From Eledone cirrhosa (lineage: Eukaryota), in NCBI GenBank assembly GCA_964016885.1, contig OZ024742.1:148242001-148306000 (forward strand): a stretch of 64,000 bases of DNA, read 5' to 3'. The notes beneath the pieces are model-generated. The model worked only from the letters and a program-made list of their open reading frames with translations, did no database searches and was not told the origin of the DNA. Of the stretch, positions 1 to 11,884 are shown one piece after another (the stretch's first letter is position 1; each line of letters opens with the position of its first letter). Both the position numbers and the translations under genes were made by a program.

Positions 1-691
1 TAAAACGAGTTGTTGCGAAGCAGATGTATGAAATTGACATGTAAAAGCTGTCATGGGGTATATTATATGTAGTTTAGAGATAACCTGGGGCTTGAAACAA
101 TGGACCATTTACTTTACTGTAGGTTTGCTGACCGTAAGATTTATTTATTTTCTGACAGATAAAATATTTTCATTGTAGTGAGGATGGTAATTTTTAGGTG
201 GTGTAAAGCGGATTCATTATTTAAGTGGTCTATATTAGATGAAGGGATTGTTAGTTCGAACCATGGGGTTGTTTAGCTTTCACAGCATCAATAACAAATA
301 ATGCATGGATAAGATAACAATAACAGCAATATAGGCGGTAAGTTAATACAGAGGTTAAGGAAGCAAGGTATATATAGAGAGAACATGATGAATACTATTA
401 CGGATACATTGGGGTGTTCATTATAACAACAGGAGGAAGGTGATATTTCAAGGACTGTGGTAGTAGTCAAATAATGTACTTAGAATTAAGTTCATCTGTT
501 GAAAATCAAGAGTGAGGAGGTTGTGTTGACAGCAGCCGAGAAGAGATATATTTATGGGTTGATAAGATATTTGCAGACATTACTGTGGTATAGAATTAAG
601 GAGGCTAGAAGCTGCTTATAAAATATTATAGTTCTGTGGTGGTCTGTGTGAGAGTGCGGATTTCATATATTGAATGCTAAGTTATGTCGAA

Positions 692-3076
692 TTACGGTGG
701 CTTAAATCTTGTGAATTTAGTAGCGATCCTGTGTCTGCAGAAAATTGACCTTTCTATCTTGTTGTTGAGTAGCCTTTTATCGTTCCTAAGGATATACAGT
801 AATTCAAGGTCGCAGAGCCTACAATAGGACATACCGGTACTATATGCCCTTGCGGCCGACAACCTCGACCAGTTGATATTGTAGTCGATGTTTTTGTCCT
901 TAAGTTCCCAGATTCTTTTGGCGAGGGTTGTAGAACCTATTAGTGCACGGTTCTTCATCGAATATCTGTGCACATACCATCTTTTTTTAAATGTACCCGC
1001 GGTGGATCCAATGTAATTCCAAGTGGAGTTGCCCGAGTTCACCGTACACATGTACACTAGGCTCGAATCAAGGCACCTGTTCGCCAAGGGCACCTATCTG
1101 GTAGGTGACAATTGCAGTTTGAGGTGTTATTCCGTGCAGCTTCCACACTGCTGTTTTGTACACTGCTATAAGTGGGTTGTGATTCATGCCCGTTGAGGTT
1201 TTGCTGCGGCGCGTTCGTATGCGTTTGCGGTTGTGATACTGTGATGTGTTTATGTTTAGAATTTGGTGCTATGTTGCGCATAGGTGGGGTGGTTTCCCTA
1301 GAGGTATTTCTGTGGTTGATCTTGCGTATGTGGGATTCTATATTTGCAGCCGTAGAGTATGAGAGTTTTATAGTTTTTCTATTGAGGATTTTATGATATC
1401 TATGTGATATATGGAAGTGTTTATCTATTAGTTTAAAAAACGTAGAAGGCAGTCTAGTTTTTACAGAGGAGTTGAAGATTGGATTAAACCACAGGTATCT
1501 TCTAATTCTTCTATAGTTTCTAGGGTTTACATTATTCGTGTTTGGACCACCTACTCTAGGTGCTATTTGCCTACCTCTATGTCTATTCTTGTTACCTCTA
1601 TTTTTGTGTGAGCGGTTGGTGTCAGTGTTAGTGGGTTTGTTTGAGTTGTCCTTATCTGTTATAAACTGCAGCTTTTCTTTGTGTCCGGCTCTATGTAATG
1701 CCGCGTTATAATAGTTAGCATGCTCATTAAAAATTTCTAGGTTTGAGGATAAGCGGGATATTCTAAAGGATATACTACGTGCTATGGATCTGATTATGGA
1801 TCGGAGGTGGTTCGAATTATAACTAATGTAGGCCAGATTCTCATTATTTTTGTGGAAGGGTTCTATTAATCTCGTATTTAGATTTAGAGTCACATCTAGA
1901 AAGTTTGCCTTTTTATGTTTCAGTTCGTAGGTAATACTTAGGCCTAGTTTTTTGAAGAATATTCTAATGTTTTTTCTTAATCTTTCTATGCGCTGGTTAT
2001 TTAAGTTCCTAGCTATAAGGAGCGTGTCATCTCTATAAATCCCTCCTTGGAGGTTACTGAATTCTTTATGTAGGTTGTGTGCTATAAATAACCCTACAAC
2101 GTCAGTGATTTGCGCTGAATCGTTCGATCCCATTGTGATATCGAAGCTGATATCCTATCTTTTCTTACCCAATAGCTATTTTCAAATTTTATGATAGTGC
2201 TTCTAGCAGCTAGTATTATTTCAATTTCATCAGGAGTAAGATCGAAGTTATTCTGGGCAAATATAAGCGCTTTATCTAGGGTGGCTGGGGATATGGATGC
2301 GTAGTAATCGTTTATATCGAATTGTATGAAGTTACATGTTTCGCTATTTCCTATTTTACTGAACCATTCAATCGCTTCGTTAGTGTTACCCCATAAATTG
2401 ATTTCTAGTTTTCCCTTTATTTGTGTGATTACCCTATCTAGAATATTCTTGTTAATTGTACCTATATCCGACTTAGATGGGCATATTAATCTGATAGTAG
2501 GATTTGCTTCAAAATTATTTTTGTGATCCTTAAGGTTAAATGTGGGGTTGCATGGGGTTAGAGGCTCGGTTCTATCGGATATTCGGAGTTTATTTACTAT
2601 CCTAAGACCCTCCTTGTTAATGCTGGTGAGTGTGGATTCATTTGTTTGTTTTTTTTGTATTTTTTGTGTAGTTCACGCTGAATGAAATTATTGTGTGTGT
2701 TAAGGTCCATAGAATATACGTTTGATGTTTTGTCTGCCTTTAGTATGATACCGTTGGTGTCTTTTAGTTTTTTTAGTAGTATATTGATGTCATTTTGTAA
2801 TTTGTTGTGGTGTGTTCTTTTTTTGAATTTAGTTCCACTTATATTCATAAGGTCCAGCTCGAAGGCATCGAGCGTGGGGTTGTTTTGAGGGTGTTTGCAG
2901 GATTTGAATCCGTAATTCTCCTTAGAAAATTCTCTTGTGTTAATAGCTAGTCCTTTGTCAAAGTGGTAAGCCTTCCATCTTACCCTACGGATGAAATCAT
3001 TAGTCCAGTGTGTCATGCCTAGTGTATAGTCCTTAGGTATGTTTTTCAGTGACATTCCTATGCGGTGCTTTTCCAT
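692..3076 (-). pseudogene. Disrupted PLE RT + GIY-YIG endonuclease ORF (pieces 2597-3076, 1057-2133, 692-1093)
   Basis: Colinear domain order, broken by frameshifts/stops at ~2600, ~2155 and ~1090. Confidence 0.85.
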
Positions 3077-3227
3077 GTTGTTGCCGTGCGTTAATGATGT
3101 TGCTCAACCAGGTGGGAGCTATGTATACAGGATAACAAATTATTGTTATAGGTAGTCCACTTAGATGTAGTCCAGTTAGGGTACTCTGAGTAGTGGATAG
3201 TATTAACGCTTGGCTAAGTTTGACTCA

Positions 3228-3275
3228 ACAAAGACGTTTCCATAGTGTTACATGCTAAAGTCATCAGTATACTTT
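3228..3275 (-). ncRNA. Degenerate minimal type-I hammerhead ribozyme in the PLE 5' pseudo-LTR
   Basis: Minus strand reads CTGATGA-ctttagcatgtaacactatg-GAAA-cg-TC. Stems I and II are weak. Confidence 0.5.
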
Positions 3276-3404
3276 ATGTCTTACTTAGATTGATGTTGTG
3301 ATTATTTTAACTATTTACAGTCTAGCTAATTTATTTGAGTATTGTTATTATTGGTCTGATTTAATGCCACTACTATATATAGAAGCCATGCCTGTGTATT
3401 TCCT

Positions 3405-3531
3405 TCATTCTCGCATGCTCTGATGAATTGACTCGTTATAACAAAGTATTGGTGATCGATTGATGCAAAAACAAGCGGGTAGCGATCTCTAGACCTACCA
3501 GTTCAGAGAAACAATTGTCAGCAATGTGAAT
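3405..3531 (+). ncRNA. Type-I hammerhead ribozyme with long stem-II insert
   Basis: catgct-CTGATGA(3420-3426)...GAAA-caattg-TC(3519)-agcaatg. Stem III is palindromic. Followed by AATAAA and (TA)n. Confidence 0.7.
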
Positions 3532-3572
3532 AAAGCCCTTATTGTATAGCAAACCATGTCACTTTTCTTTCT

Positions 3573-3608
<36 letters not shown>

Positions 3609-4126
3609 GACTTCAACTATACCATTTACGTGGTTTTGTCTTTGCGTGCAATTGTTCTCCACGTTCCACATATGACGTATTATCTTTGTTTTTTCCGTTC
3701 ATTGCCAGAGAACGTCTCTATGAACCACCTAAGAGAACATTAGTCAACAACTTCTTTTATACCATAAACGTGGTTCTGTCTTTGCGTGTAATTGTTTTTC
3801 ACCGCTCCTATTAATGACGTATTATATTCGTTTTTTCCCGTTCTTTGCCAGGCAACGTTTCCACGAACCAAAGTATCGTCTTCCTGTCTTCCTCCGGTTG
3901 CAACGTTTTTTGAAATATCCACTTCTGCGTTTACAGATTGACTTTGTTAGTTTCAGAAGATCCCGTTAAGGGTGGAAGCAGCGATTCTTTGCTTAAACTT
4001 TAATCTGTTATTTTAATAAATATTTGCTCCACGGTTCTTATATATTTGATATATATTTATCCTTATCGAGCACTCTTTGGATTTTAGTCTTCAAATTTAT
4101 TATTATTACTATATATATATATATAT

Positions 4127-4589
4127 CTAAGGCGGGTAAAATTCCCGAGATCCATGGACGAGTTCTCTACAGCGGTCTCTGTCCCTCATTATCGCTGCCA
4201 TGTCCTGCGTCTCCAACAGACCATCAAGATACGTTAACCTTGGTCTTCCTCTTCTAGTGTGTCCATGTAGGGGCTCCCACAGGAGCACTGAGTGCAACGT
4301 CAACTCTGGATGTCGGTGAGCATGTCCAGCTAACCTCAGTCTCCTCTGTGTCAGTTTTGAGCTGACTTTTGGGATTCTCCCATACAGCTGTGAGTTTTTC
4401 ATCCTCAGTGTATACTGATTAATGTTCAGAGGCTATCCTCAGCATTCTGGTGTAGCACCCATCCACCATCTGAGTGAGTTTCTTAGTCAGTGCCCAAGTC
4501 TCAGACTCGTACAGCAGCACAGACTCCACTACAGCTTGAGATCGGTGTGGAAGTCGGACCTCCGTAAAGACCTGAAAATCCGCCTCTTC
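4127..4589 (-). mobile_element. 5'-truncated RTE-X/RTE-clade LINE with inverted 5' segment
   Basis: Minus: 'QAVVESVLLYESETW..GCYTRMLR..RRLRLAGH..LLWEP..RGRPRLTYLD'. Plus 4540-4589: 'SVWKSDLRKDLKIRLF'. Flanked by (TA)n. Confidence 0.85.
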
Positions 4590-4644
4590 ATATATATATA
4601 TATGTAATTATGCATACACTGACCGTGCCGAAAACTAAAAATAA

Positions 4645-4709
4645 AATTAGAATTTCATTACTCGCCCTAGCACAGCTGATACAAAAATGCGATTATTCAT
4701 ACTTACACG

Positions 4710-4780
<71 letters not shown>

Positions 4781-5064
4781 GTATGGGTTATATCGAGCAT
4801 TAATAATATTGGATTCGTTTGTAGCGGCTTGATTAAAGCTATGCCGTGCCGATGACCAATCATCATCCGTTTGCTCAACACTGGCATTGAGGAACAATCA
4901 ACATGTTTCTGGGTCATTACCCTTCATTAGGACTGTTCGATATAACCCATACGTACATGTATATATGTGTGTGTGTGTATACATATATATCTGTGTGTCC
5001 GTATGTATAATTACATGTATAATTATGTATCAGCTGTGCTAGGGCGAGAAATAAAATTCTAATT
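4645..5064. mobile_element. Short non-coding element with inverted arms and an internal HHR
   Basis: 4645-4682 is inverted at 5027-5064, and 4775-4796 is inverted at 4937-4958. Confidence 0.65.
4895..4935 (-). ncRNA. Minimal type-I hammerhead ribozyme, G5A variant (probably inactive)
   Basis: Minus: cagtc-CTAATGA-a gggt aatg accc a-GAAA-catg-TT-gattg. Stems I and II and a palindromic stem III are all present. Confidence 0.65.
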
Positions 5065-5075
5065 ATATATATATA

Positions 5076-6239
5076 TAAGGTGGTATGTCCACAGAGACAA
5101 TATAAATAACCGGAAGCTTATGAACACAACAACGCTCGCCAATAAAATCTGGCAGCTCAAAGATACAAACCAGGAATACAGAATTAGCTGGGTGAAGTTG
5201 TCAACGGCAATGGCCTATAGAATTGGCATGTCCCATTGTGGACTTTGTAATATGGAATTATTTCATATTTAAAAATATAACAAAATGCTGCTTAACAACA
5301 AAATTGAACGAACAATTTTCTGTAGGCATAAAACGGCGAGCAAATTCGATAATTTTAGATCAACTTAATTCATCCCATCTATTCCATAATTTAAATTGTA
5401 CCACCTGAATCTATTATAATAACCTATTATCATTATTATTATTATTATTGTCATCAACTGTCAATGAACCAACATCATAACCTTTTATATTTTCTCTCTT
5501 TCATTTTCTATATTTCTATTTCTTTCCCTAAATTTATTTCATCTCTTACATTATATTTTATCGTATTATTTTCACTTCCAATATAACTTACAATTAATTA
5601 AATAATTAATTAATTATTTAATTGATTTATTAATGTAACTAATACATACATGAATATATTTAACATTTTCATGTTTATGCCATCATATCTCTATATTTTA
5701 ACCACCAACACCACAACTATTCTCAAAAATCATACTATGTTTACTTTTCTTCGCACATATAAACATTTTTATTTCTATTTTCTATCATATTTTGTATTGT
5801 TTTTTATGATCCTCGATGTAACTTGTTATTAACATTTATTAACTTATTGTTGTTGTCATTGTTTTTTTCTCTTTATTTTTCTTTTTCTTTTTCTTTTTCT
5901 TTTTCTTTTTCTTTAATTTTTATCTTTCTTTCTTCATCCTTTTCTCTTCTTTCTTTTTTTTCTCTCTAACTTTTTTCTCTATAACTTTTTCTTTTTACTT
6001 TTTTCTCATTTTTTTCTCACTCTTTCTTTATTAATGATGTTGTAATTTGAATTCGTAGACACAGCATATTTTTAACAGTTCTTCTGATGATCTGGTTAAG
6101 CTAACAACGTATTTAAAATTGAGTGGCACAACTTTAAGTGTTCAGCAATTTTTAGACAACTTAATCAGTGAAACAATTGTCAAGACTGTAAATAAAACCC
6201 CTTTCTGTACTGTTGACCATGTTATTCTTCACTCTTTCA

Positions 6240-6245
<6 letters not shown>
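5076..6245 (+). mobile_element. 3' fragment of a second Naiad-like PLE (GIY-YIG C-terminus, 3' UTR, HHR)
   Basis: Translates as 'RWYVHRDN..TTTLANKIWQLKD..CGLCNMEL..LLNNKIERTIFCRH', homologous to ORF 692-1093. Flanked by (TA)n. Confidence 0.85.
6070..6192 (+). ncRNA. Type-I hammerhead ribozyme with long stem II
   Basis: acagttctt-CTGATGA(6084-6090)-tctggttaag...cttaatcagt-GAAA-caattg-TC(6181)-aagactgt. Confidence 0.8.
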
Positions 6246-6270
<25 letters not shown>

Positions 6271-6489
6271 CCACATCTTTACTCAATTTTTAATACCTTC
6301 CTTCTTTTTCTTCTTTCTCATATCCTCTCTAGAGTAACGAAACTCACCACATAGCCTTAAGTATTGAGTACTCATTCTCATGTCCAACAATATCATATGA
6401 ATATATATATATATATGTGTGTATATCCCAGGTTCAATCGATGGTAACGACAGTAAGGTACTCAAAACATATAGAGTATAAATGTTTAA

Positions 6490-6603
6490 TATAGAAATGG
6501 CTTCTACAGGACTAGAACTGTTCAATCGAAGGAAATCATCAGGAAAGCCCTGATGATTTTTTTGGAATTAAACAGTTCTAGTCCTGTAGAAGCCATTTTT
6601 ATA
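6490..6603. repeat. Fold-back hairpin (~50-bp arms, ~5-nt loop)
   Basis: aaatggcttctacaggactagaactgtt pairs with aacagttctagtcctgtagaagccattt. CTGATGA lies next to the loop. Confidence 0.9.
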
Positions 6604-6844
6604 AATACACACACACAGACACACATACACATATGTATATATTTATATACATTTGCATTGTATGTATGTGCATGCCTGCGCGTGTAGTGTATATGCAAAA
6701 TAGGTCCAATATGAATTCTTTCTTCTAAACCCATATCGTCCTATATCTCATTTACATATATTTATATGTGCATGTGAGTTTATCAGTCTTCGTATATCTC
6801 TCGTGTTATTTGTACATCAGTTTATATTTACATAATATGTATCA

Positions 6845-7340
<496 letters not shown>

Positions 7341-7753
7341 TTATGTCTTAGCTTAACATACATAAATATACATATTTCGACTCTACAACATGATCTGTTT
7401 GCTTTATTAACTCAATATTCAGTCAAGTCATGTAACGTACATTCTACGCGTGCGTGTTCCGCCTAAAAAGAGCTGAACATGTCTCGAAACCTATAATTTA
7501 GCTACCTGGTCATGTAACGCGTCAAACCTACCTTGATTTATAACCCTAATATTATTATTCTGCAGCAAGTTTTCACGTGCTTGAAATAGCAGACGATATC
7601 TCCAAAATGTTACAAATTCCAGGTAGCTGAATGGAGATTCTAAAATCCGGAATCTAATGATATTGAATACAGCACTTAAGAATTTCACTGCTGTAACTAT
7701 TTAGCACATTCACCATTCCTCATTCTATGATAGGGAACTTCGTGATCAATTGG

Positions 7754-7896
7754 ATGACGATGACAACGATGACGACGACGTCGATGACAACGACGACGAC
7801 AACGACGATGAAAACGACGATGACAACGACGACGACAACGATGACGACAACGATGACGACAACGATGACAACGACGACAACGACGATGAAAACGAC

Positions 7897-7928
<32 letters not shown>

Positions 7929-8722
7929 CGATGAAAACGACGATGAAAACGACGATGACAACGACGACGACAACGACGACGACGACGACGACAACAACGA
8001 CGACGATGACGACGACAACGACGACAACGACAACGATGACAACGACGATGACAACGACGACAACAACGACGACGATGACGACGATGACGACAACGACGAC
8101 GACGACAACGACGATGAAAACGACGACCACTATCACGAGTATCAGCACCATAACAACAATGACCATCAACGCCACGGTCAACATCATCATCATCATCAAC
8201 ACCAACAACTCCACCATCACCACCACCACCACCGTCGCCGCCGCCACTACCACCACCACCACCACCACCACCACCACCACAACAACAAAAACAATGACAA
8301 TCGCCCCCCCCCAATTCCACAGTCACCATCACCACCACCGCCGCCACTACCACCACTACCACCACCACCACCCCACCGCTACCACCACCACAACAACAAC
8401 AATGACAATCGCCCCCCAATTCCACAGTCACCATCACCACCACCACCACCACCACCGCCGCCGCCACCACCACTTCCACCACCACCACCACCACCACCAC
8501 CACCACCACCACCACCACCACCGCCGCCGCCGCCGCCACCACCACCACCACCACAACTACATCCACCACCACCACCACACAACAACAACAACACCAATGA
8601 CAATCGCCCCCCAACTCCACAGTCACCATCACCCCCATCCTCCTCCTCCTCCTCCTCCTCCTCACCAACACCACCACTACCACTAACCACCACCACTAAC
8701 CACCATCACCACCACCATCACT
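7754..8722. repeat. Compound trinucleotide repeat (GAC/AAC, then CAC/CCA, CCT) with a three-fold ~35-bp internal duplication
   Basis: aatgacaatcgccccccaattccacagtcaccatc at ~8292, ~8401 and ~8596. Confidence 0.9.
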
Positions 8723-9393
8723 AAATGAAAGCTAGTCATCCCCCCAATCTGTACGACATATACAATATGTCTAGCGACCAATTCACTAGTATGTGCTGCT
8801 CAATCATTCTTAAGCGATCTTTCTCCAATTTTCTGTTACCATAAATGATTTCATACAATTATAAACATTTCCGGTTATAGGAAAAATATTTCCTGTGTCA
8901 TTTCCTTCAGGTAATTTAGTCTTTGGTGTATTTCGGTGTATCTGACATGTTACGCGAAGAATCATTTTCAAATTGAGATTAAAGGTTTCCAGAAATTGGC
9001 AATTATTGGTTATTTTTAGTTCCTGAATTTGATAAATTTGTTTTAACAGAATCGAACTAAAACGACTTTATATAAAAGAACAGGCAGGAATGAAAGGTTA
9101 TAGAAAGTTTCTATGCAGTATTTACAGAGAAATATGTATTTTATATTTAAATGTGTGTGTGTGAATGTGTGTGTGTGTGAATGTGTGTGTGTGTGTGGGG
9201 GGGGGGGGGGGGTGAGTGAGTGTGTGTGTGAGTATGTGTGTGTTTGAATAGAGTAAGCAAATGTGGTGTGTATTTCTATGTGTGGAATACACATCAAATT
9301 CAAAGCGCATGTATATACATCTGTATAAACAAAAGGTCGAACACACGCACAGACACGACACATATGTATGTATGCATGTATAATATATATATA

Positions 9394-9557
9394 TTAAAAG
9401 ACTATTTCATGAAAACTTTCAGTGGAGATGGTCACGGTTGGAATTTCATTCATCAGCAGAGCTCAACAGAGCCCTGGTTTTCTGTTGAGCTCTGCTGATG
9501 AATGAAATTCCAACCGTGACCATCTCCACTGAAAGTTTTCATGAAATAGTCTTTTAA
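9394..9557. repeat. Perfect 77-bp inverted repeat with 10-nt loop
   Basis: 9394-9470 is the reverse complement of 9481-9557. Confidence 0.95.
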
Positions 9558-9570
9558 GACTATACAGAGC
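9489..9570 (+). ncRNA. Canonical type-I hammerhead ribozyme with stable stem III
   Basis: gctctg-CTGATGA-atgaaa...tttcat-GAAA-tagtct ttta agacta-TA(9564)-cagagc. Stems I, II and III are each about 6 bp. Confidence 0.85.
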
Positions 9571-9820
9571 ATTTGATGTTATTCCAAATTGAAGGATAAG
9601 TGTTTCAAACTTTATTTTATCATGAGTTAAAGGTCTATAGATTTTTCCCTGGATTTTACTAAATTCTGTGGATGAATTTATATCCTGATTCTCTTTTGAG
9701 ATGAGTTTGAGTTATTTTTCCTAAATCTTTCGTTAACTACTTTTCCCATCTTGACGTTATAGTCGCATATATGTTATAGAATGCCGTTAGCTTCTTGCTA
9801 AAACAATCTCTATACCTCTC

Positions 9821-9880
<60 letters not shown>

Positions 9881-10154
9881 ATATATGCGTCTTTCTCTCC
9901 TCGTCCACGATTTGCTTGAGCTTAAGTTCACAGATATCACGGACTTGTTTCTCATCTTCCTCTCTTTCCGTTGCATTACCATCTCTGTTTGTTTACATGT
10001 CTCGCTTTCTCCACCCAATTCTACCTGTCCCAATAACGTTTTTTAGTTATTGCTCGCACCAGCCTGAGGTATATGGTCTTTAATGTGAAGAAATACCGAT
10101 GATGGCTGGAAGATCACTGATGACGGACAGTCCTGTCTTCTTGCTCTAATTTTA

Positions 10155-10242
<88 letters not shown>

Positions 10243-10558
10243 TATCCATCGTACACACACTCTTATCATACCTTTTCCATATACATTTATGCCACTACTA
10301 CCATCATTTCTTTCTTTCTTTCTCTCTGTTTCTTGCACCTACACTTACTTTCTAGTGCGACAGATATTTTACATGACATGTACTATGGATTCAATATAGA
10401 ATATGGCTTAGTGAGTGTTCGTTTTGTAATTTTTGTGGAGAAAATATTCAAACATATTCCGAATTCTACGCTTCTATACGTCTGTTGTTCATGGCGTTAT
10501 ATTGTATATATATATGTTCGTATGTATGTATGTATGTATGTATGTATGTATGTATGTA

Positions 10559-11152
10559 TGTGGTGCTACTGGTAACATGTATCCCAGTACAACCTGTCTC
10601 ATGGTCGGGTCGTTGGCGACTAAACTGGCAACCCCACCAAGGTTTCTTGGTGAGGAGGGTGACTTTGGACATCCTACAGGACTAAAAACAAAACCTGTCA
10701 AAGGGCAAAGGAGCTCTTAAGAGTCAATAGCCATCCAAAATCACCGGGAGAGATGACCCCTTAGCCTTTGTCAAGGCAGAATTCTAGGAGAAGGAAAACT
10801 CTGATATAACACCTGCAACTCTGATGGTATCCAATGATGTTGACATGTTCTTCTTTTTGGTAAATATCATCTTGGTTAAGAGAGGGACTGGCTTTGTGCA
10901 GTGCCTTTGCTCACTATAAAAGCTTCACGGCACAGGCATTGCTTTATATCTGGAGATATCTCTGCACTTGTCACATGGTACCATGGGCCCAGCACTATGT
11001 GTCAATAAATTGTCACAAGTGTAGTGTTTGTACCAGAGTTTTCAAGTCGCTGGCTGGACTAAAAAGTCACACTCGTTCAGCGCATCGGTAGGAGTTCTCC
11101 TACATGGATATCAAGTAGTGGCCGTACTCGAAAACGAGTTGGCAGCTACCAT
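10559..11152 (+). mobile_element. Bipartite (5'+3') RTE-derived non-autonomous retroelement with (TATG)n tail, copy 1
   Basis: RTE-like 5' UTR, C2H2 remnant 'CSVCTRVFKSLAGLKSHTRSAH', and both ends shared with 11233-11860. Confidence 0.6.
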
Positions 11153-11232
11153 GTATGTATGTATGTATGTATGTATGTATGTATGTATGTATGTATGTAT
11201 GTATGTATGTATGTATGTATGTATGTATGTAT

Positions 11233-11860
11233 GTCGGGTCACTCTTGGGTGCTACTGGTAACATGTAACCCAGTACAACCTGTCGCAAGGTCGGGTCGAC
11301 GGCGACTAAACCGGCAACCCCACCAAGTTTACTTGGTGAGGAGGGTGATTTTGGAAACCCTGCAGGACAAAAACAAAACCTGACAAAGGGCGGAAGAACT
11401 TATAAGAGTCAACGGCCATCCAAAAGTGTGTAAATATGTATATATACATGTACATATGTATGTATATTTATATATGTATATACATGGGTGCATGTGTATG
11501 TATATGCGTGGGGGCATAGAAATAGTCGGGCTGGTTACCCGATCGCGTGGTTAAACCACTGGGGGTGAAGAACCCCTAGCCTTTCTCAGGGCATTCTTCT
11601 AAGAGAAGGCAATTCAGGAAACTGGGATAACTCCGATATAAAACCTGCGGCTCAGTAGTTACCGATGATGTTGATCTTTTCTTCTTTTCAGGTTATAGCT
11701 ACTGTCGCTCAGAGAGTGGGATTGGCTTAGAACACAGTCTTTCCTCACTTTAAAAAATATCTTCACGCACAGGCATTGCACGATAGAATTAAGTAATAAT
11801 TATTAATAATGGTATATCGTGCAAGGCCGTACTTGATAACGAGGGGGCAGCCATCATGTA
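11233..11860 (+). mobile_element. Related bipartite RTE-derived element, copy 2
   Basis: Shares ggtgctactggtaacatgta.cccagtacaacctgtc and ggccgtact.ga.aacgag..ggcagc with copy 1. Confidence 0.6.
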
Positions 11861-11884
11861 AGTATGTATGTATGTATGCATGTA

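Larger units (their letters stand above)
1..3300 (-). mobile_element. Penelope-like retroelement (Naiad-like), long 3' UTR running off the window start
   Basis: Minus-strand ORF pieces give N-terminal 'MSLKNIP', RT motifs 'DITMGSNDSAQ' and 'GIYRDD', a CNC..CP..C linker and GIY-YIG 'LVYMCTV..YIG..FKKR..CRLC..LLN..CRH'. An HHR-like motif lies upstream at ~3230-3275. Confidence 0.85.

Noticed and set aside
692-1125. Selenocysteine-encoding Naiad (in-frame TGA at conserved Cys)
   Set aside because: All linker and GIY-YIG cysteines visible in this copy are ordinary Cys codons.
3607-3960. ~140-bp diverged duplication with minus-strand GAAACGTT motifs as HHRs
   Set aside because: The CUGANGA core is not recoverable (aggaaga), so it is too degenerate to call.
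7697-8724. Asp/His/Pro-rich, Thr-rich or Arg/Cys-rich ORFs as real proteins
   Set aside because: Five overlapping frames are open simply because of triplet-repeat composition, and there is no gene context.
10097-10145. CTGATGA-cggacagtcc as a hammerhead
   Set aside because: No GAAA or stem III follows.
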